Source: an uncultured virus (IMG/VR IMGVR_UViG_3300013132_000024) (taxonomy: Duplodnaviria; Heunggongvirae; Uroviricota; Caudoviricetes). Taken from it: a DNA stretch of 64,000 nucleotides. Every line of letters starts with the position of its first letter. Within the stretch, counting starts at the first letter, position 1. Below, in pieces: positions 39,660 to 50,176 of this stretch. Position numbers and translations under genes: made by a program. The notes below the pieces were generated by a model. It ran no database searches. It had not been told where the DNA came from and saw only the letters and a list, made by a program, of their open reading frames with translations. The stretch is taken from IMG/VR virus record IMGVR_UViG_3300013132_000024; one strand, written 5' to 3'.

Positions 39660-40719
39660 TTATGCTGCTTTATTCCAATATAATACACTAGTTCCTTTTT
39701 TCAATTTTCTATTAATAGAAGTTGATTGAACAAATATCTTATAATGAGAATGATCGCCAGGTGATAATGAAAAATCACTATTCAATGGTAATCCTAGCAA
39801 ATTTCTAGCATGTACACCTGAATAAAAACCACCGTTTTTTAAATCTTGTATTACAATTTTCTTATACGGTTGTATTTTTCTTTCGTATTTAGTTAATTCA
39901 TAGAATGCTGAACCCTTATTTAAGGTAACATTTTTCTTTCTTTGTATAAATTTAGAAATTTGTTCATCTTCTTTATCTACAAAGAACACATCAAATTCTG
40001 ATGTATCAACTGATTTTAATGTATTTTTTACTTTATCAGAAGATACATTAGATAAATCGGAATAAAACCCTCTTGTAGAGGTTAAACCTTTAGATACATT
40101 AGAATAATATGTATCATACGCTGATGTAGTTGCTACTGTAGTATTTAGCATACTTTCTTCAGTTTGATCCCATTCAATAATATTTCCAGCAGGTATACCA
40201 TATCTGGTTAAGTTAGAAGTATACCCTCTTGGTACCCTAAAAGTAAAGGTCCATTTATCTGTAGATTGTAATTCTCTTATAGTTTGTTCTAATTTAGAAC
40301 CTGTGGTTTTAGAAGCATTTTCTGCACCATCGGTAATAACCTGTACTAAAAAATGTTACATTAGGATCATTATAATCCGGAACAGTTTTCATAATACGAA
40401 CAAGTTCCATTACAGAATCAAATAATGGTGTTTGACCACCAGTACCATAATACGATAATGGTTTAATTAAACTTACTTCAGTTAAAAATGTTTCATTTTT
40501 AACATATGTGTCGCAAATAACTGTTGATACATATGTATCAATATCATATTTGTTTGATAAATCTTTAATTGTTTGTATTTGGTTGTTATAATCTTTTAAT
40601 GCTGCACGAGCAATTGAATACATTGATCCTGAATGATCTCTAGATATACCTATATATTGTTTTCTTTTTACAGAAGTATTAGTTGTATTTTTCTTTGTAG
40701 ATTTTTTCTTTGTAGCCAT
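39660..40719 (-). pseudogene. vWA-domain protein split by a one-base frameshift
   Basis: RDHSGSM and GGQTPLFD in 40309..40719; removing one T from T6 at 40348-40353 restores FLVQVITDGAENAS and fuses into 39660..40151. Confidence 0.8.
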
Positions 40720-41042
40720 TTGTATATTCCTTATATTATTTTGTATTAATTATATTTCATTTGTATAAAAATGTAGAACATATGCTCCATTATCAAACAT
40801 TAATGTTCGAAGATATTTAGTCTTTTTCCCATTTATGTATGGAATTTCTTTTCCTGTTTCTACTGCCATAATATATGAGAAAAATTCTTGGTCTGCATTA
40901 GTATCATTCGTATAATAAACTACAACATTATTATACTGTAATTCTACAGTAAGAATTTTTCCGTCATGAAAATGCCATATTTTCTTAGGTTGTAATAATA
41001 ATTCATATGAATTAAGTATGATTTGTTTACATATTACAACCA

Positions 41043-41396
41043 TTATATATCCTTATAATGTTTTTCAATGATATCTGCTATTTTATTGAACGATTTGCCA
41101 TTATCATTTAATTTTGTTAAAGATATTAATTTATCTTTAATAATAAACGAACCATCCATACTATTTACACCAGACCAATCTTGTACTGTTTTTGGCAAAT
41201 ACGAAGGTTCAGAATCATAAAAAAGAGTAGAATTATATAAATTACATTTTACCTTAGATGATTTAGATTTAGTAGCTAGATCGCATAAAACACCAAGACA
41301 ACAGAATGTATTTAATCTATTAAGATATTTTTTTCCTTGTTTATACTTTCCTGAACGAAGTGCTTTTACCCAGCGGTCTGCTATTTTCTTTTTCAT
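41043..41396 (-). CDS. Hypothetical protein, paralog of 42623..42991
   Basis: WVKALRSGKYKQG...FCCLGVLC...LND.G.SF..IADIIEK. Confidence 0.75.
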   Translation of the reverse strand: MKKKIADRWVKALRSGKYKQGKKYLNRLNTFCCLGVLCDLATKSKSSKVKCNLYNSTLFYDSEPSYLPKTVQDWSGVNSMDGSFIIKDKLISLTKLNDNGKSFNKIADIIEKHYKDI

Positions 41397-41400
41397 AAAT

Positions 41401-42198
41401 TTACCTAAGACAATGTCTAGGACAAAAAGTATTTCCTATTAATTCCTTAACTGCATCTGGTTTAGAATTACACAAATATCTTATATATTGTACATCATCG
41501 TTAGAACTACTTTTAAATTGACAAGAATTAAGTATTACTGTTTCTGCTTGTTTCCATAAAGTAACAATATTGTATTTTAATTTAGAAGAATTTAATTCTT
41601 TCCAAGCTTTAGGATATTCTTGTTTAGCTTTATCTAAATACGCTTTAACATAACTCATAAGAGCTACTGCACCATCTCTCCATTGATGTTCTTCTTTTTT
41701 ACTAGATAATTTATTAGCTACATGTAAACCATATGTGTATGCATTAAACTCATCTAATAAGATGGAAAAATTTGTAGCTGAAGACATACTGTTTGGTATA
41801 GTCACCAAATAAAGTTCGGTAAATCTATCTGATTTAAACAATTTTAAATTTAGAGCAGGTCTAAATAAATTATTTCCTAATACAACAGGTATATTTTTAC
41901 CATTTATTAATGGATATGTATCTGTTCTAGTAGTTATATCATGTACAGTTTCATGTACTGCTACAATTATATTGTCTTTAACATTATAACAATCATACCA
42001 CCAAGCATTATCTAAATATGAAGTTTTCCCTCTATTATAAATAGAGTATCCTTCAGGACTATGTTGTTTTAATATTTCTATAGATTGATTTTTAATTGTA
42101 GAAGTACATTTTTGTGTATTAGGCCACTTAATATTCTGTGCATAACTACTAGTAGTTGATAATGCAACCAAAATACTGCTAATAATAATTTTTTTCAT
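41401..42198 (-). CDS. Secreted protein with HExxH motif
   Basis: Likely start MKKIIISS (signal peptide); VHETVH. Confidence 0.6.
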   Translation of the reverse strand: MKKIIISSILVALSTTSSYAQNIKWPNTQKCTSTIKNQSIEILKQHSPEGYSIYNRGKTSYLDNAWWYDCYNVKDNIIVAVHETVHDITTRTDTYPLINGKNIPVVLGNNLFRPALNLKLFKSDRFTELYLVTIPNSMSSATNFSILLDEFNAYTYGLHVANKLSSKKEEHQWRDGAVALMSYVKAYLDKAKQEYPKAWKELNSSKLKYNIVTLWKQAETVILNSCQFKSSSNDDVQYIRYLCNSKPDAVKELIGNTFCPRHCLR

Positions 42199-42213
42199 AA
42201 TATATCTCTTGTT

Positions 42214-42289
42214 TGGTGCCTCGACCTGTGAATTGAACACAGTTTGTTCCCTTATGAGAGGAATTAGGATACCAATCCTACCGTGAGGC
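42214..42289 (-). tRNA. tRNA-Met/Ile2(CAU)
   Basis: Loop CTCATAA, A-CCA. Confidence 0.75.
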
Positions 42290-42401
42290 TTAATTATTTT
42301 TATCTTCTTCGTTATCGCGAACTTTACAATAAGCTTTAACTGCTTTCTTAGCAGTTGTACCTATTCTATTTCAACTTTTGAAACATAACAATTCTTAAAA
42401 T

Positions 42402-42477
42402 TGGTTGCGGAGCGTGGGAGTTAAACCCACTCCTTCAGTTTATGAGACTGACGACTTAATCGTTTGTCCTGCCCGCC
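42402..42477 (-). tRNA. tRNA-Met(CAU), fMet-like 3' end
   Basis: Loop CTCATAA, ends CCGCAACCA with 1:72 mismatch. Confidence 0.75.
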
Positions 42478-42485
42478 TTTAATAA

Positions 42486-42572
42486 TGGTGGGTATAGATG
42501 GAATCGAACCAAACTGCTCCGTAGAGCCACGGTTTTACAGACCGCTCACAACACCAGTTGTTATTTATACCC
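42486..42572 (-). tRNA. tRNA-Tyr(GUA)
   Basis: Loop CTGTAAA, long variable arm, A-CCA. Confidence 0.88.
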
Positions 42573-42582
42573 TAGTTGAAGT

Positions 42583-42611
42583 ATTATAATATTCTATTTA
42601 GTCATAATAAA
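42583..42611 (-). promoter_or_regulatory. Early-type promoter for tRNA cluster
   Basis: TTTATT-N17-TATAAT 10 nt before tRNA-Tyr. Confidence 0.6.
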
Positions 42612-42622
42612 GCGGTTTTTAT

Positions 42623-42991
42623 CTAAAGATCTTCCCAATATTTTTCAATTATATCAGCAATTTGATCAAAAGTATATCCTGTATCATTAAGCTGCCAAAG
42701 TTTTTTATCTAATTCAGGAATATATGTCCTATAATCTAAAGATATATTTGCCCATTTTAATATTGCTACTGGTGGAAATCTTCCCACTTTATTAATTTTA
42801 TTTCCGCCAGCAGAATATGTCATATAATCTAAATTTAATTGTTTATGTATTTGTAATTCATTTGCTGGTGCAATTTCACACAAAACACCAAGACAACAAA
42901 ATTTATTATTCTTATTAAGATATCCCATTCCTTGTTTATATTTTCCTGAACGAAGAGCTGTTACCCAAATATTTGCTACTTCTCTTTTCAT
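42623..42991 (-). CDS. Hypothetical protein, paralog of 41043..41396
   Basis: WVTALRSGKYKQG...FCCLGVLC...LNDTG.TF..IADIIEK. Confidence 0.75.
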   Translation of the reverse strand: MKREVANIWVTALRSGKYKQGMGYLNKNNKFCCLGVLCEIAPANELQIHKQLNLDYMTYSAGGNKINKVGRFPPVAILKWANISLDYRTYIPELDKKLWQLNDTGYTFDQIADIIEKYWEDL

Positions 42992-43003
42992 TATATACCT
43001 CTT

Positions 43004-43082
43004 TGGTACTGACCTCGGGAATCGAACCCAAACCTACAGATCCACAATCTGTCGTACTAAACCTATTATACCAGTGTCAGTA
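43004..43082 (-). tRNA. tRNA-His(GUG) with A73
   Basis: Loop TTGTGGA, ends GTCAGT-A-CCA, no G-1. Confidence 0.85.
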
Positions 43083-43101
43083 ATATACTCTCCTGTTGGA
43101 A

Positions 43102-43177
43102 TGGAACTCCATGAAGGAGTTGAACCCTCTACCTCTTCGTTCGTAGCGAAGCGCTCTATCCGGTGAGCTAATGGAGT
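43102..43177 (-). tRNA. tRNA-Arg(ACG)
   Basis: Loop CTACGAA, CCA. Confidence 0.92.
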
Positions 43178-43252
43178 ATTGTACTATTTATCTTCCAACT
43201 TGGAGTATCAAGTATATTATCACACCAGCCATTAACATTATTACGAACTCGA

Positions 43253-43810
43253 TCATTGTATAGCTTCTTTGGTATAGGTTTCTATCTTCAACGACTCAGC
43301 AGTTTCGTATTTTATACAGTTTAAATCTTCTAATGTTATATATCTAGGCACAAAATCTAGTTTAGATAATACATAAGACATCGCGAATTTATTTGCATCT
43401 GCTTCCCAAGGTTGTGTAAGTGTAGATTTTAAATCATAAATATACCCATTGTATATCACATAATTTGTTTTTATATCTAATATTCCGTTCTGAAATTGCC
43501 AAGAATGTCTTAATTCATGTGCTATTGTAAATGTCCATAAATTCATATTTACAATATCTAAAAATTTATAATCTAATCCTTCCAAATACATTATTAATCT
43601 ATTTTTTATGGTCCATTTATTAATTATAATCTTATTTTCTTTGTAATGAAACTGTCCAAATACTCTAGAATTTATATCAATTATTTCTATTTTAGGAACA
43701 TCAGAAATATTTAATCTCGTTTCCATTATTATGAAGTTCATTAATTCTTGAATTTTTATAAATTTGTCTTTTTTTCTGGTACCATACTTAACATGCATGA
43801 TATACCTCAC
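43253..43810 (-). CDS. Putative zincin metallopeptidase
   Basis: IAHELRHSWQ...PWEADA. Confidence 0.6.
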   Translation of the reverse strand: MRYIMHVKYGTRKKDKFIKIQELMNFIIMETRLNISDVPKIEIIDINSRVFGQFHYKENKIIINKWTIKNRLIMYLEGLDYKFLDIVNMNLWTFTIAHELRHSWQFQNGILDIKTNYVIYNGYIYDLKSTLTQPWEADANKFAMSYVLSKLDFVPRYITLEDLNCIKYETAESLKIETYTKEAIQ

Positions 43811-43817
43811 AAAATAA

Positions 43818-43893
43818 TGGCGGTTCCAGCAGGATTCGAACCCGCACCCCAGGGTTTAGAAGACCCGGACACTATCCATTATGCTATGGAACC
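43818..43893 (-). tRNA. tRNA-Arg(UCU)
   Basis: Loop CTTCTAA, GTTCGAATC, G-CCA. Confidence 0.92.
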
Positions 43894-44423
43894 TTTTACC
43901 TTATATTATAGTAAGAATATATAGAAGTAAAGTTGTTATTTTTATTAAAGAAAACTAAAGATAGATCGTTTTACAAAATATTTACCGTTTTTACCACATT
44001 TTGAATCTGTATTTCTTATATTAATACATAATTCATATTTAGGTTCTCCTGTAACTAAATTAGATTCTGCTTTAAATAAAGTACATCTATATTCTATCTT
44101 ACCATCAGGAAAAACTGGATTTTCATAATTGTATCATTTAGTACAAGAATTACATTTTATACAATAGTTAGTCATTTCTTATATAATCCTTCTAGATATC
44201 CATCATATCTTATATGTGCATCAATATAATGATTTCCGGCTTTACATTTAATGTACATATCACCTTTATGATCACCATTATCTTGTATATAAATCTTATG
44301 ATATCCTTTAGGGATACAAAATATTGATCCATCAGAATATATTCTTGACATATTCTTTACTTGTATATATGATACTCTTTTCATTTCAAGTAACCTATTA
44401 TCTATCATTTTCTTAACAGTAGT

Positions 44424-44452
44424 ATTATACTGATCGTTAAAATATCAGTAAA
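44424..44452 (-). promoter_or_regulatory. Early promoter at strand switch
   Basis: AAAAGAAC-TTTACT-N17-TATAAT. Confidence 0.75.
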
Positions 44453-45489
44453 GTTCTTTTTTTATGTAGATTGATAAAAAAGAGTTTAATATTCTATAAA
44501 ACAATAAGTATAATATTGGTATAAAGGAGAATAATATGCATCCTGATTTTAAAGATTTATTGACTAATAAACAAGCATGGGTATGGATTATGATATATAT
44601 TGCAAGTTCTAGTTGGGTGATATCTAAACTAGATATAATTTTATTTTATAATTCAGTTTTTGCTGGGCCTTTTTTGATTGTAACTTCTTTTATGAATGGA
44701 TATATATTAGGACGATTTGTAATAAAATGGTATTGGGAAGGTAAAAAATGAAACAATTATGTATATTTTATAACAATAATGTTATTTGGATGCACACCAA
44801 CAACAGAAGAAACTGTATATCCTGATATTCAATATACTAAAGTAGAGTATTATAAAGAAAAAGAAAAGCAAGCATTGTCATTTATATCTATGTATAATTT
44901 TATGCATAGACATCATAATATAAAGAAACCATCTCCAGAATTATTAGCAGAACTAAACAGCTACATATTAGGAGCAGGATTAGTTAAAGAGTGTAAAAAA
45001 TCTTGTTATCTAAAATATAAAAACATTAAATTTTATCTTTACAAAGATAAAATTGTGATAAATAATAATAGTATAGAAAATACAGTATTTACAGCAGAAA
45101 ATGCAACAAAATATATTTATGGGATATAATAATGGCACACGAGAGAAAAAATAGGCCACGCAAAGGTCGTCGCAAGATAGGTTCTAAGAAAAGAAGAGCA
45201 ATAAAGAAAAAGAATAAATGATGCCTACTATTGAAAAATTAAGAGAAGCATATTTTGAAGATATAGATGACGTTTATGAGGTAGTCGAAAGTAAAACAGT
45301 TGGTAAATGGCGTCATGGTACAGAAGAACTAGTTATATTTAAAAGAAAAACTGATGATAGTTTCTGGGCTCTTAATTATAGAGCGGACACAAATGGAGAT
45401 TATAATGAATTCAGAGATGAAGATTTAACTGACTCAATAAGACAAGTTCTTCCTATAGAAAAAAAGATAATTGTATATCAGGATATAAA

Positions 45490-46185
45490 ATGAGTATTAT
45501 AAGATTTTCTACCGACGAAGTATTCGGTATTGATTCACAAGAATATGAAATATTAATTAATGCAGCAAGAAAAGTAAATATTCCTGGTGCGATAGTAGAA
45601 ATAGGGACTCGTCGCGGCGGATCTGCTGTAATGATGATGAACGCTTTAGTAGAAAACGGTCAAAATATTAATAGACCGTTTTTTTGTATAGATCCTTATG
45701 GTAATATTGAGATTATATGTACTAATCTTAATATGTCAGTGCATTACCCGGGAACCAAAGTAGAGGGAGACCCTTCTTCGAAAGAAGCTACTTCTCCACA
45801 TAGATTTGATTATACTAATGATATGCGTAATAGAGTGATTCCTTCACTTTATTACTATGCTTACCAACATGAATTCGATTTTAGATTTTTTCAATTAACA
45901 GATTATAGATATTTTGAGTTATATGAAGATGGTGTACCTACATACGATCAAGAAGAAATTATAATAGATAATTATGCTATGGTATTTTTTGATGGACCGC
46001 ATGATTTCAATGCTGTATCAATAGAAACTGTATTTTTCTTACAAAGAACTAAACCAGGAGCAATATTCGTTTATGACGATATTTGGATGTATGATCATGA
46101 TAAAATAGAAAATTTATTATTCATGAATGGTTGGAAAGTCTTAGAAAAGAAAAATATTAAATCATCTTATATAAAAGAAATTTAA
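45490..46185 (+). CDS. Class I SAM-dependent methyltransferase
   Basis: VEIGTRRGGS, IDPY, FFDGPH, KPGAIFVYDD. Confidence 0.8.
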   Translation: MSIIRFSTDEVFGIDSQEYEILINAARKVNIPGAIVEIGTRRGGSAVMMMNALVENGQNINRPFFCIDPYGNIEIICTNLNMSVHYPGTKVEGDPSSKEATSPHRFDYTNDMRNRVIPSLYYYAYQHEFDFRFFQLTDYRYFELYEDGVPTYDQEEIIIDNYAMVFFDGPHDFNAVSIETVFFLQRTKPGAIFVYDDIWMYDHDKIENLLFMNGWKVLEKKNIKSSYIKEI

Positions 46186-46356
46186 TGTAAGGTAAAATTA
46201 AGGTAAAATTAAGGTATGAGGCTATTTGGCGTAGTCTCTACAAAGAAGGGGACAAACAATGAGAGAACGATTATACTCAAAATTTGAAATTCTTATAAAC
46301 CAGGATATGTTATTGAACGGGTTTAACCCTATATGTAAATTAGATATTGAAAGATA

Positions 46357-46632
46357 TTGGAGAACAAAATTAGAATGATAAAAATGTATTCAAAAACAAA
46401 TTGTTCTTACTGTTCATCAGCAAGAACATATTTACAAACTAAAAATATCCCTTTTGAAGAATACAAACTTGATGTAGACTTCAAAAGGGAATTTATTATT
46501 CAACATTTTCCATCCGCTAAAACATATCCGATAATAATAGATAACGACGAATATATTGGCGGATTTGTTGATTTAAAAAGAAAATATGATACTCCTCTAG
46601 TCTTAGAGTATGGAGCTTTCAATGGGGCCTAA
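46357..46632 (+). CDS. Glutaredoxin
   Basis: CSYC, TYPII, IGGF. Confidence 0.88.
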   Translation: MENKIRMIKMYSKTNCSYCSSARTYLQTKNIPFEEYKLDVDFKREFIIQHFPSAKTYPIIIDNDEYIGGFVDLKRKYDTPLVLEYGAFNGA

Positions 46633-46882
46633 AAGAGAAGACCTTTTAAAAGATCTTAAAGAACATGTTATAGAAGTATTTTTTGTTACAGGAGCAGCTC
46701 CTGTTAGGGTAACTCTAAGATTAGAATTAATACCAGAAGATTCTAGAGCCGATGAAACAGAATTTAAACAATTTCATAATATTAATATAAATTCTGTTGG
46801 TTCTTGGAATGTCACCAAAAATCGTTGGGTGTTTTTTGATATAAAAAATGTTAATTATGTTCAAATAGTAGACGGATATTGA

Positions 46883-46890
46883 TATAAATA
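46883..46890 (+). promoter_or_regulatory. T4-type late promoter
   Basis: TATAAATA upstream of SAM decarboxylase and sugar cluster. Confidence 0.55.
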
Positions 46891-46916
46891 GTACATCTTT
46901 AACAACTATATGGGGT

Positions 46917-47282
46917 TTGCATGAAATGGACACACAACACTGGGGATACCATTTAATGCTTGATTGCTCTGGATGCAATCAAGCAGTATCTGATCCAAAT
47001 GTTATAAAAAATTTTAACGACGAATTAATAAAAAAAATAGAAATGGTTCCTTACGGCCTTCCTCAAATCGTTAGATTTGGCGAAGGATATTTAGCAGGAA
47101 TTACCCTAGTTCAATTGATAGAAACAAGTAATATTTGTTGTCATTTTTGTGACGACGGTACTATGTACTTAGATGTATTTTCTTGTAAGCCCTATAATTC
47201 TTCTATTGTTATGGAATTAGTAAAAAAATATTTCTCTCCTAAAAAAGAAAAAATTTTATACATTACTAGAAACGCGGATTAA
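46917..47282 (+). CDS. speD: S-adenosylmethionine decarboxylase proenzyme
   Basis: WGYHLMLDC, LIETSNICCH (pyruvoyl Ser site), YLDVFSC. Confidence 0.8.
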   Translation: MHEMDTQHWGYHLMLDCSGCNQAVSDPNVIKNFNDELIKKIEMVPYGLPQIVRFGEGYLAGITLVQLIETSNICCHFCDDGTMYLDVFSCKPYNSSIVMELVKKYFSPKKEKILYITRNAD

Positions 47283-47284
47283 AT

Positions 47285-48106
47285 ATGAACTTTATATGGT
47301 CTGATTTTAATGTGAATTCTGCAAATTCACAAAAAGGCATCATGGCAAAAAGAATTAATGGACCAGATTACTGGTCCATTATGCGTGAAGTATTTGATTA
47401 TGATTGTAAACATTTACCTTTAAGTAGATTCAGATTATGGGCTTCTGTACATAATGTACCGTTAGTAACTCAACAAAAAACTTCTAGATTTATTGGTGAG
47501 TCTTTTTATGCAGCAGCACATGATGTTAAAATTGCAGATGCATTACAAGAAAATTGGATTGGTATACCTGTTGTTATGTCCGAACAACTTAGAATAGCTG
47601 ATACTGATACTTCTATGCAACGTATACAAGATTTAGCACATTTGCTTATAACAGATTTTACAAATTTCACAGATATAAATTCAATAGTAGAAATTGGTGC
47701 TGGATATGGAGATATGTGTTCAGTAATATATTCTTTAGGGTTTAAAGGAAAATACACTATTGTAGATATTCCTGAACTAAAACCTATTCAAGAATATTAT
47801 CTTAATAAACAAAATATATATCCAACTTTTTCGTTCGAAGATGAGTTAGTAACACATTCAGATTTAGTTATAGCAACTTGGTCTTTATCTGAAACAGATT
47901 TAGAATATAGAAACAGATTAATGCCTAAAATTCGTGATTCTAAACAATGGATGATACTATCTCAATCTAAAATATTTGGTAATTCTTATAACGAAGAATA
48001 TTTTGAAGATTTTTTTAAAGATAAATCTATGAAAAAAATCCCATTGATTAATAGTGTATTAAATACTTGGGATAAAGGGAATACATATTATGTCGTCAAA
48101 AACTGA
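47285..48106 (+). CDS. Putative sugar O-methyltransferase
   Basis: VEIGAGYG, IVDIPE, ATWSLSE. Confidence 0.75.
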   Translation: MNFIWSDFNVNSANSQKGIMAKRINGPDYWSIMREVFDYDCKHLPLSRFRLWASVHNVPLVTQQKTSRFIGESFYAAAHDVKIADALQENWIGIPVVMSEQLRIADTDTSMQRIQDLAHLLITDFTNFTDINSIVEIGAGYGDMCSVIYSLGFKGKYTIVDIPELKPIQEYYLNKQNIYPTFSFEDELVTHSDLVIATWSLSETDLEYRNRLMPKIRDSKQWMILSQSKIFGNSYNEEYFEDFFKDKSMKKIPLINSVLNTWDKGNTYYVVKN

Positions 48107-48506
48107 AACTGGCATTACATTTGGTGCATTCGATTTATTACATTCTGGCCATTTATTTTTTTTAAAATTGTGTAAATCTGAATGTTCTAAATTAATAGTA
48201 GGATTACATGTTAATCCCGCTGCTGAAAGATCTTATAAAAATATTCCAATAGAATCTGTATATGAAAGATGGATGAGACTATATTCTTGTAAATATGTAG
48301 ATGAAATTATACCATACGAAACTGAAAAAGATTTGATAAATATTATAAATACACAAATAATACACAAAAGATTTTTAGACGAACAATACAAAACTGTTGA
48401 ATTTACCGGACAATCAGAATGTTTAGTTAATAATATAGAAATAATATTTTTTCCAAGAAAACATTCATTTTCTTCTACATCACTTAGAAATAGGATAGGA
48501 TGTTAA
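48090..48506 (+). CDS. Cytidylyltransferase-family nucleotidyltransferase (TagD/RfaE-like)
   Basis: GAFDLLHSGH (HxGH), SSTSLR. Confidence 0.88.
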   Translation: MSSKTETGITFGAFDLLHSGHLFFLKLCKSECSKLIVGLHVNPAAERSYKNIPIESVYERWMRLYSCKYVDEIIPYETEKDLINIINTQIIHKRFLDEQYKTVEFTGQSECLVNNIEIIFFPRKHSFSSTSLRNRIGC

Positions 48507-49048
48507 ATTTAGAAATATTACAATCGGCGCCAGAAAGTAGTTTAGAAATTTCTGTAAAAAATGCTTCTCCTGAGGGAATGTTTTTAGAATTTGGGGTAGC
48601 TAAAGGCGAAAGTATAAGAAAAATAGCAGAACATACAACTAATATTGTATATGGATTCGATTGGTTTCAAGGATTACCGGAAGATTGGTTTGCAGAATAT
48701 AATAAAGGTTATTTTGCATGTGATATTCCTATTAATTTACCAGACAATATAAACCTTATAATAGGATTATTTGAAGACACATTACCAGAGTTTGTAAAAA
48801 CTACTCAGAATAATGTGTCTTTTTTACATATAGATTGTGATTTATATAGTTCTACAAAAACTATATTCACGCATTTAACACCAAAGATACAATCAGGAAC
48901 TATAATTGTTTTTGATGAATTATATGGTTATCCCGGATTTGAGCAACATGAATATAAAGTATTTTCTGAATTTTTAGAAAATACTAAGTATGAAATAGAA
49001 TGTATTGGTAAATGGTCTGCACATCAAGCTGTATTTAAAATATTGTGA
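48500..49048 (+). CDS. TylF/MycF-like methyltransferase
   Basis: LEFGVAKG, GFDWFQGLPE, GLFEDTL, HIDCDLYSS, VFDE. Confidence 0.85.
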   Translation: MLNLEILQSAPESSLEISVKNASPEGMFLEFGVAKGESIRKIAEHTTNIVYGFDWFQGLPEDWFAEYNKGYFACDIPINLPDNINLIIGLFEDTLPEFVKTTQNNVSFLHIDCDLYSSTKTIFTHLTPKIQSGTIIVFDELYGYPGFEQHEYKVFSEFLENTKYEIECIGKWSAHQAVFKIL

Positions 49049-49055
49049 GGTATTA

Positions 49056-49637
49056 ATGTTTAGTCAAATGTATATGGAAGAAATAACCAAAATAGCTCGT
49101 TCTATAGATTATGATGTAATAGAAAATATTGTTAGCGATTTGAAAATATTAAAAGAAATGAAAGGACGAGTATTTGTTATAGGTATTGGTGGATCTGCTG
49201 GCAATGCTTCTCACATGGTAAATGATCTCAGGAAATTGTGTGAGATAGAAGCTTATGCTCCTACAGATAATGTATCAGAAATAACAGCCAGAACCAATGA
49301 TGAAGGATTTGATACAATATTCGAAGAGTATCTAAGAATATCTAATTTCGATTCTTATGATATGTTATTTGTATTATCAGTTGGTGGTGGTAATTTAGAA
49401 AAGAATATTTCTGTTGCATTATGTAAAGGGATAAACTATGCACGATCTAAGCATGGCACTATTTGCGGCATTGTTGGTAGAACTGATGGTTATACTGTAG
49501 AGCATGCTCATCACTGCGTAAAAGTTCCATTAACAGAAGAACAAAGAATAACTCCTCATTCAGAAGCATTCCAAACCGTTGTTTGGCATTGTATAGTGTC
49601 ACACCCTAAAATACAAATACGAAAAACTAAATGGTAA
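49056..49637 (+). CDS. gmhA: Sedoheptulose-7-phosphate isomerase (SIS domain)
   Basis: GIGGSAGNASH, TARTND, SVGGG, HSE; start taken at Met 49056 after GAGG. Confidence 0.8.
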   Translation: MFSQMYMEEITKIARSIDYDVIENIVSDLKILKEMKGRVFVIGIGGSAGNASHMVNDLRKLCEIEAYAPTDNVSEITARTNDEGFDTIFEEYLRISNFDSYDMLFVLSVGGGNLEKNISVALCKGINYARSKHGTICGIVGRTDGYTVEHAHHCVKVPLTEEQRITPHSEAFQTVVWHCIVSHPKIQIRKTKW

Positions 49638-50176
49638 AAGCGTGTTTTTTAGACCGCGATGGTATTATTAATAATTTAATAGATCGCGGGCACCAAAAAA
49701 CTGCACCTTGGCATATTAGTGAATTTGAACTTAAAGAAAATATATATGAATATGTTAATATACTAAAGGAATTAGGCTTCCTGGTTTTTGTAATTTCAAA
49801 TCAACCTGATGTAGCGGCAGGAAAACTGAAATATAAACATCTGGAATTAATGAATGCTATAGTTCTTAAATGGATTAAGGTAGATGAAGTTCTAATTGCT
49901 TTAGAAAGAAATACAGAATATTACAAACCAAATAATGGACTTGTCTTAGAAGCTTTAGAGAAGTATAATATAAACGAAACTTCATATATGATAGGCGATA
50001 CGTGGAAAGATATAGTTTGTGGTAATATGAGTAATCTTATTACTGTTTATGTAAATACAGAACCTTATTCTGCTCCAGAACAATTTATAAGTATAAAACC
50101 AGATTATTGGGTCAATAATTTAAAACAAGTAGTTGAATTAATAGGATTTATGGAAAATGATAAAGTTATTTTGTGA
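49631..50176 (+). CDS. gmhB: Heptose bisphosphate phosphatase (HAD IIIA)
   Basis: FLDRDGII, SNQ, KPNNG, MIGDTWKD. Confidence 0.85.
   Translation: MVKACFLDRDGIINNLIDRGHQKTAPWHISEFELKENIYEYVNILKELGFLVFVISNQPDVAAGKLKYKHLELMNAIVLKWIKVDEVLIALERNTEYYKPNNGLVLEALEKYNINETSYMIGDTWKDIVCGNMSNLITVYVNTEPYSAPEQFISIKPDYWVNNLKQVVELIGFMENDKVIL

Noticed and set aside
46188..46216. Tandem TAAGGTAAAAT x2.6
   Set aside because: Short AT-rich slippage repeat with no further structure
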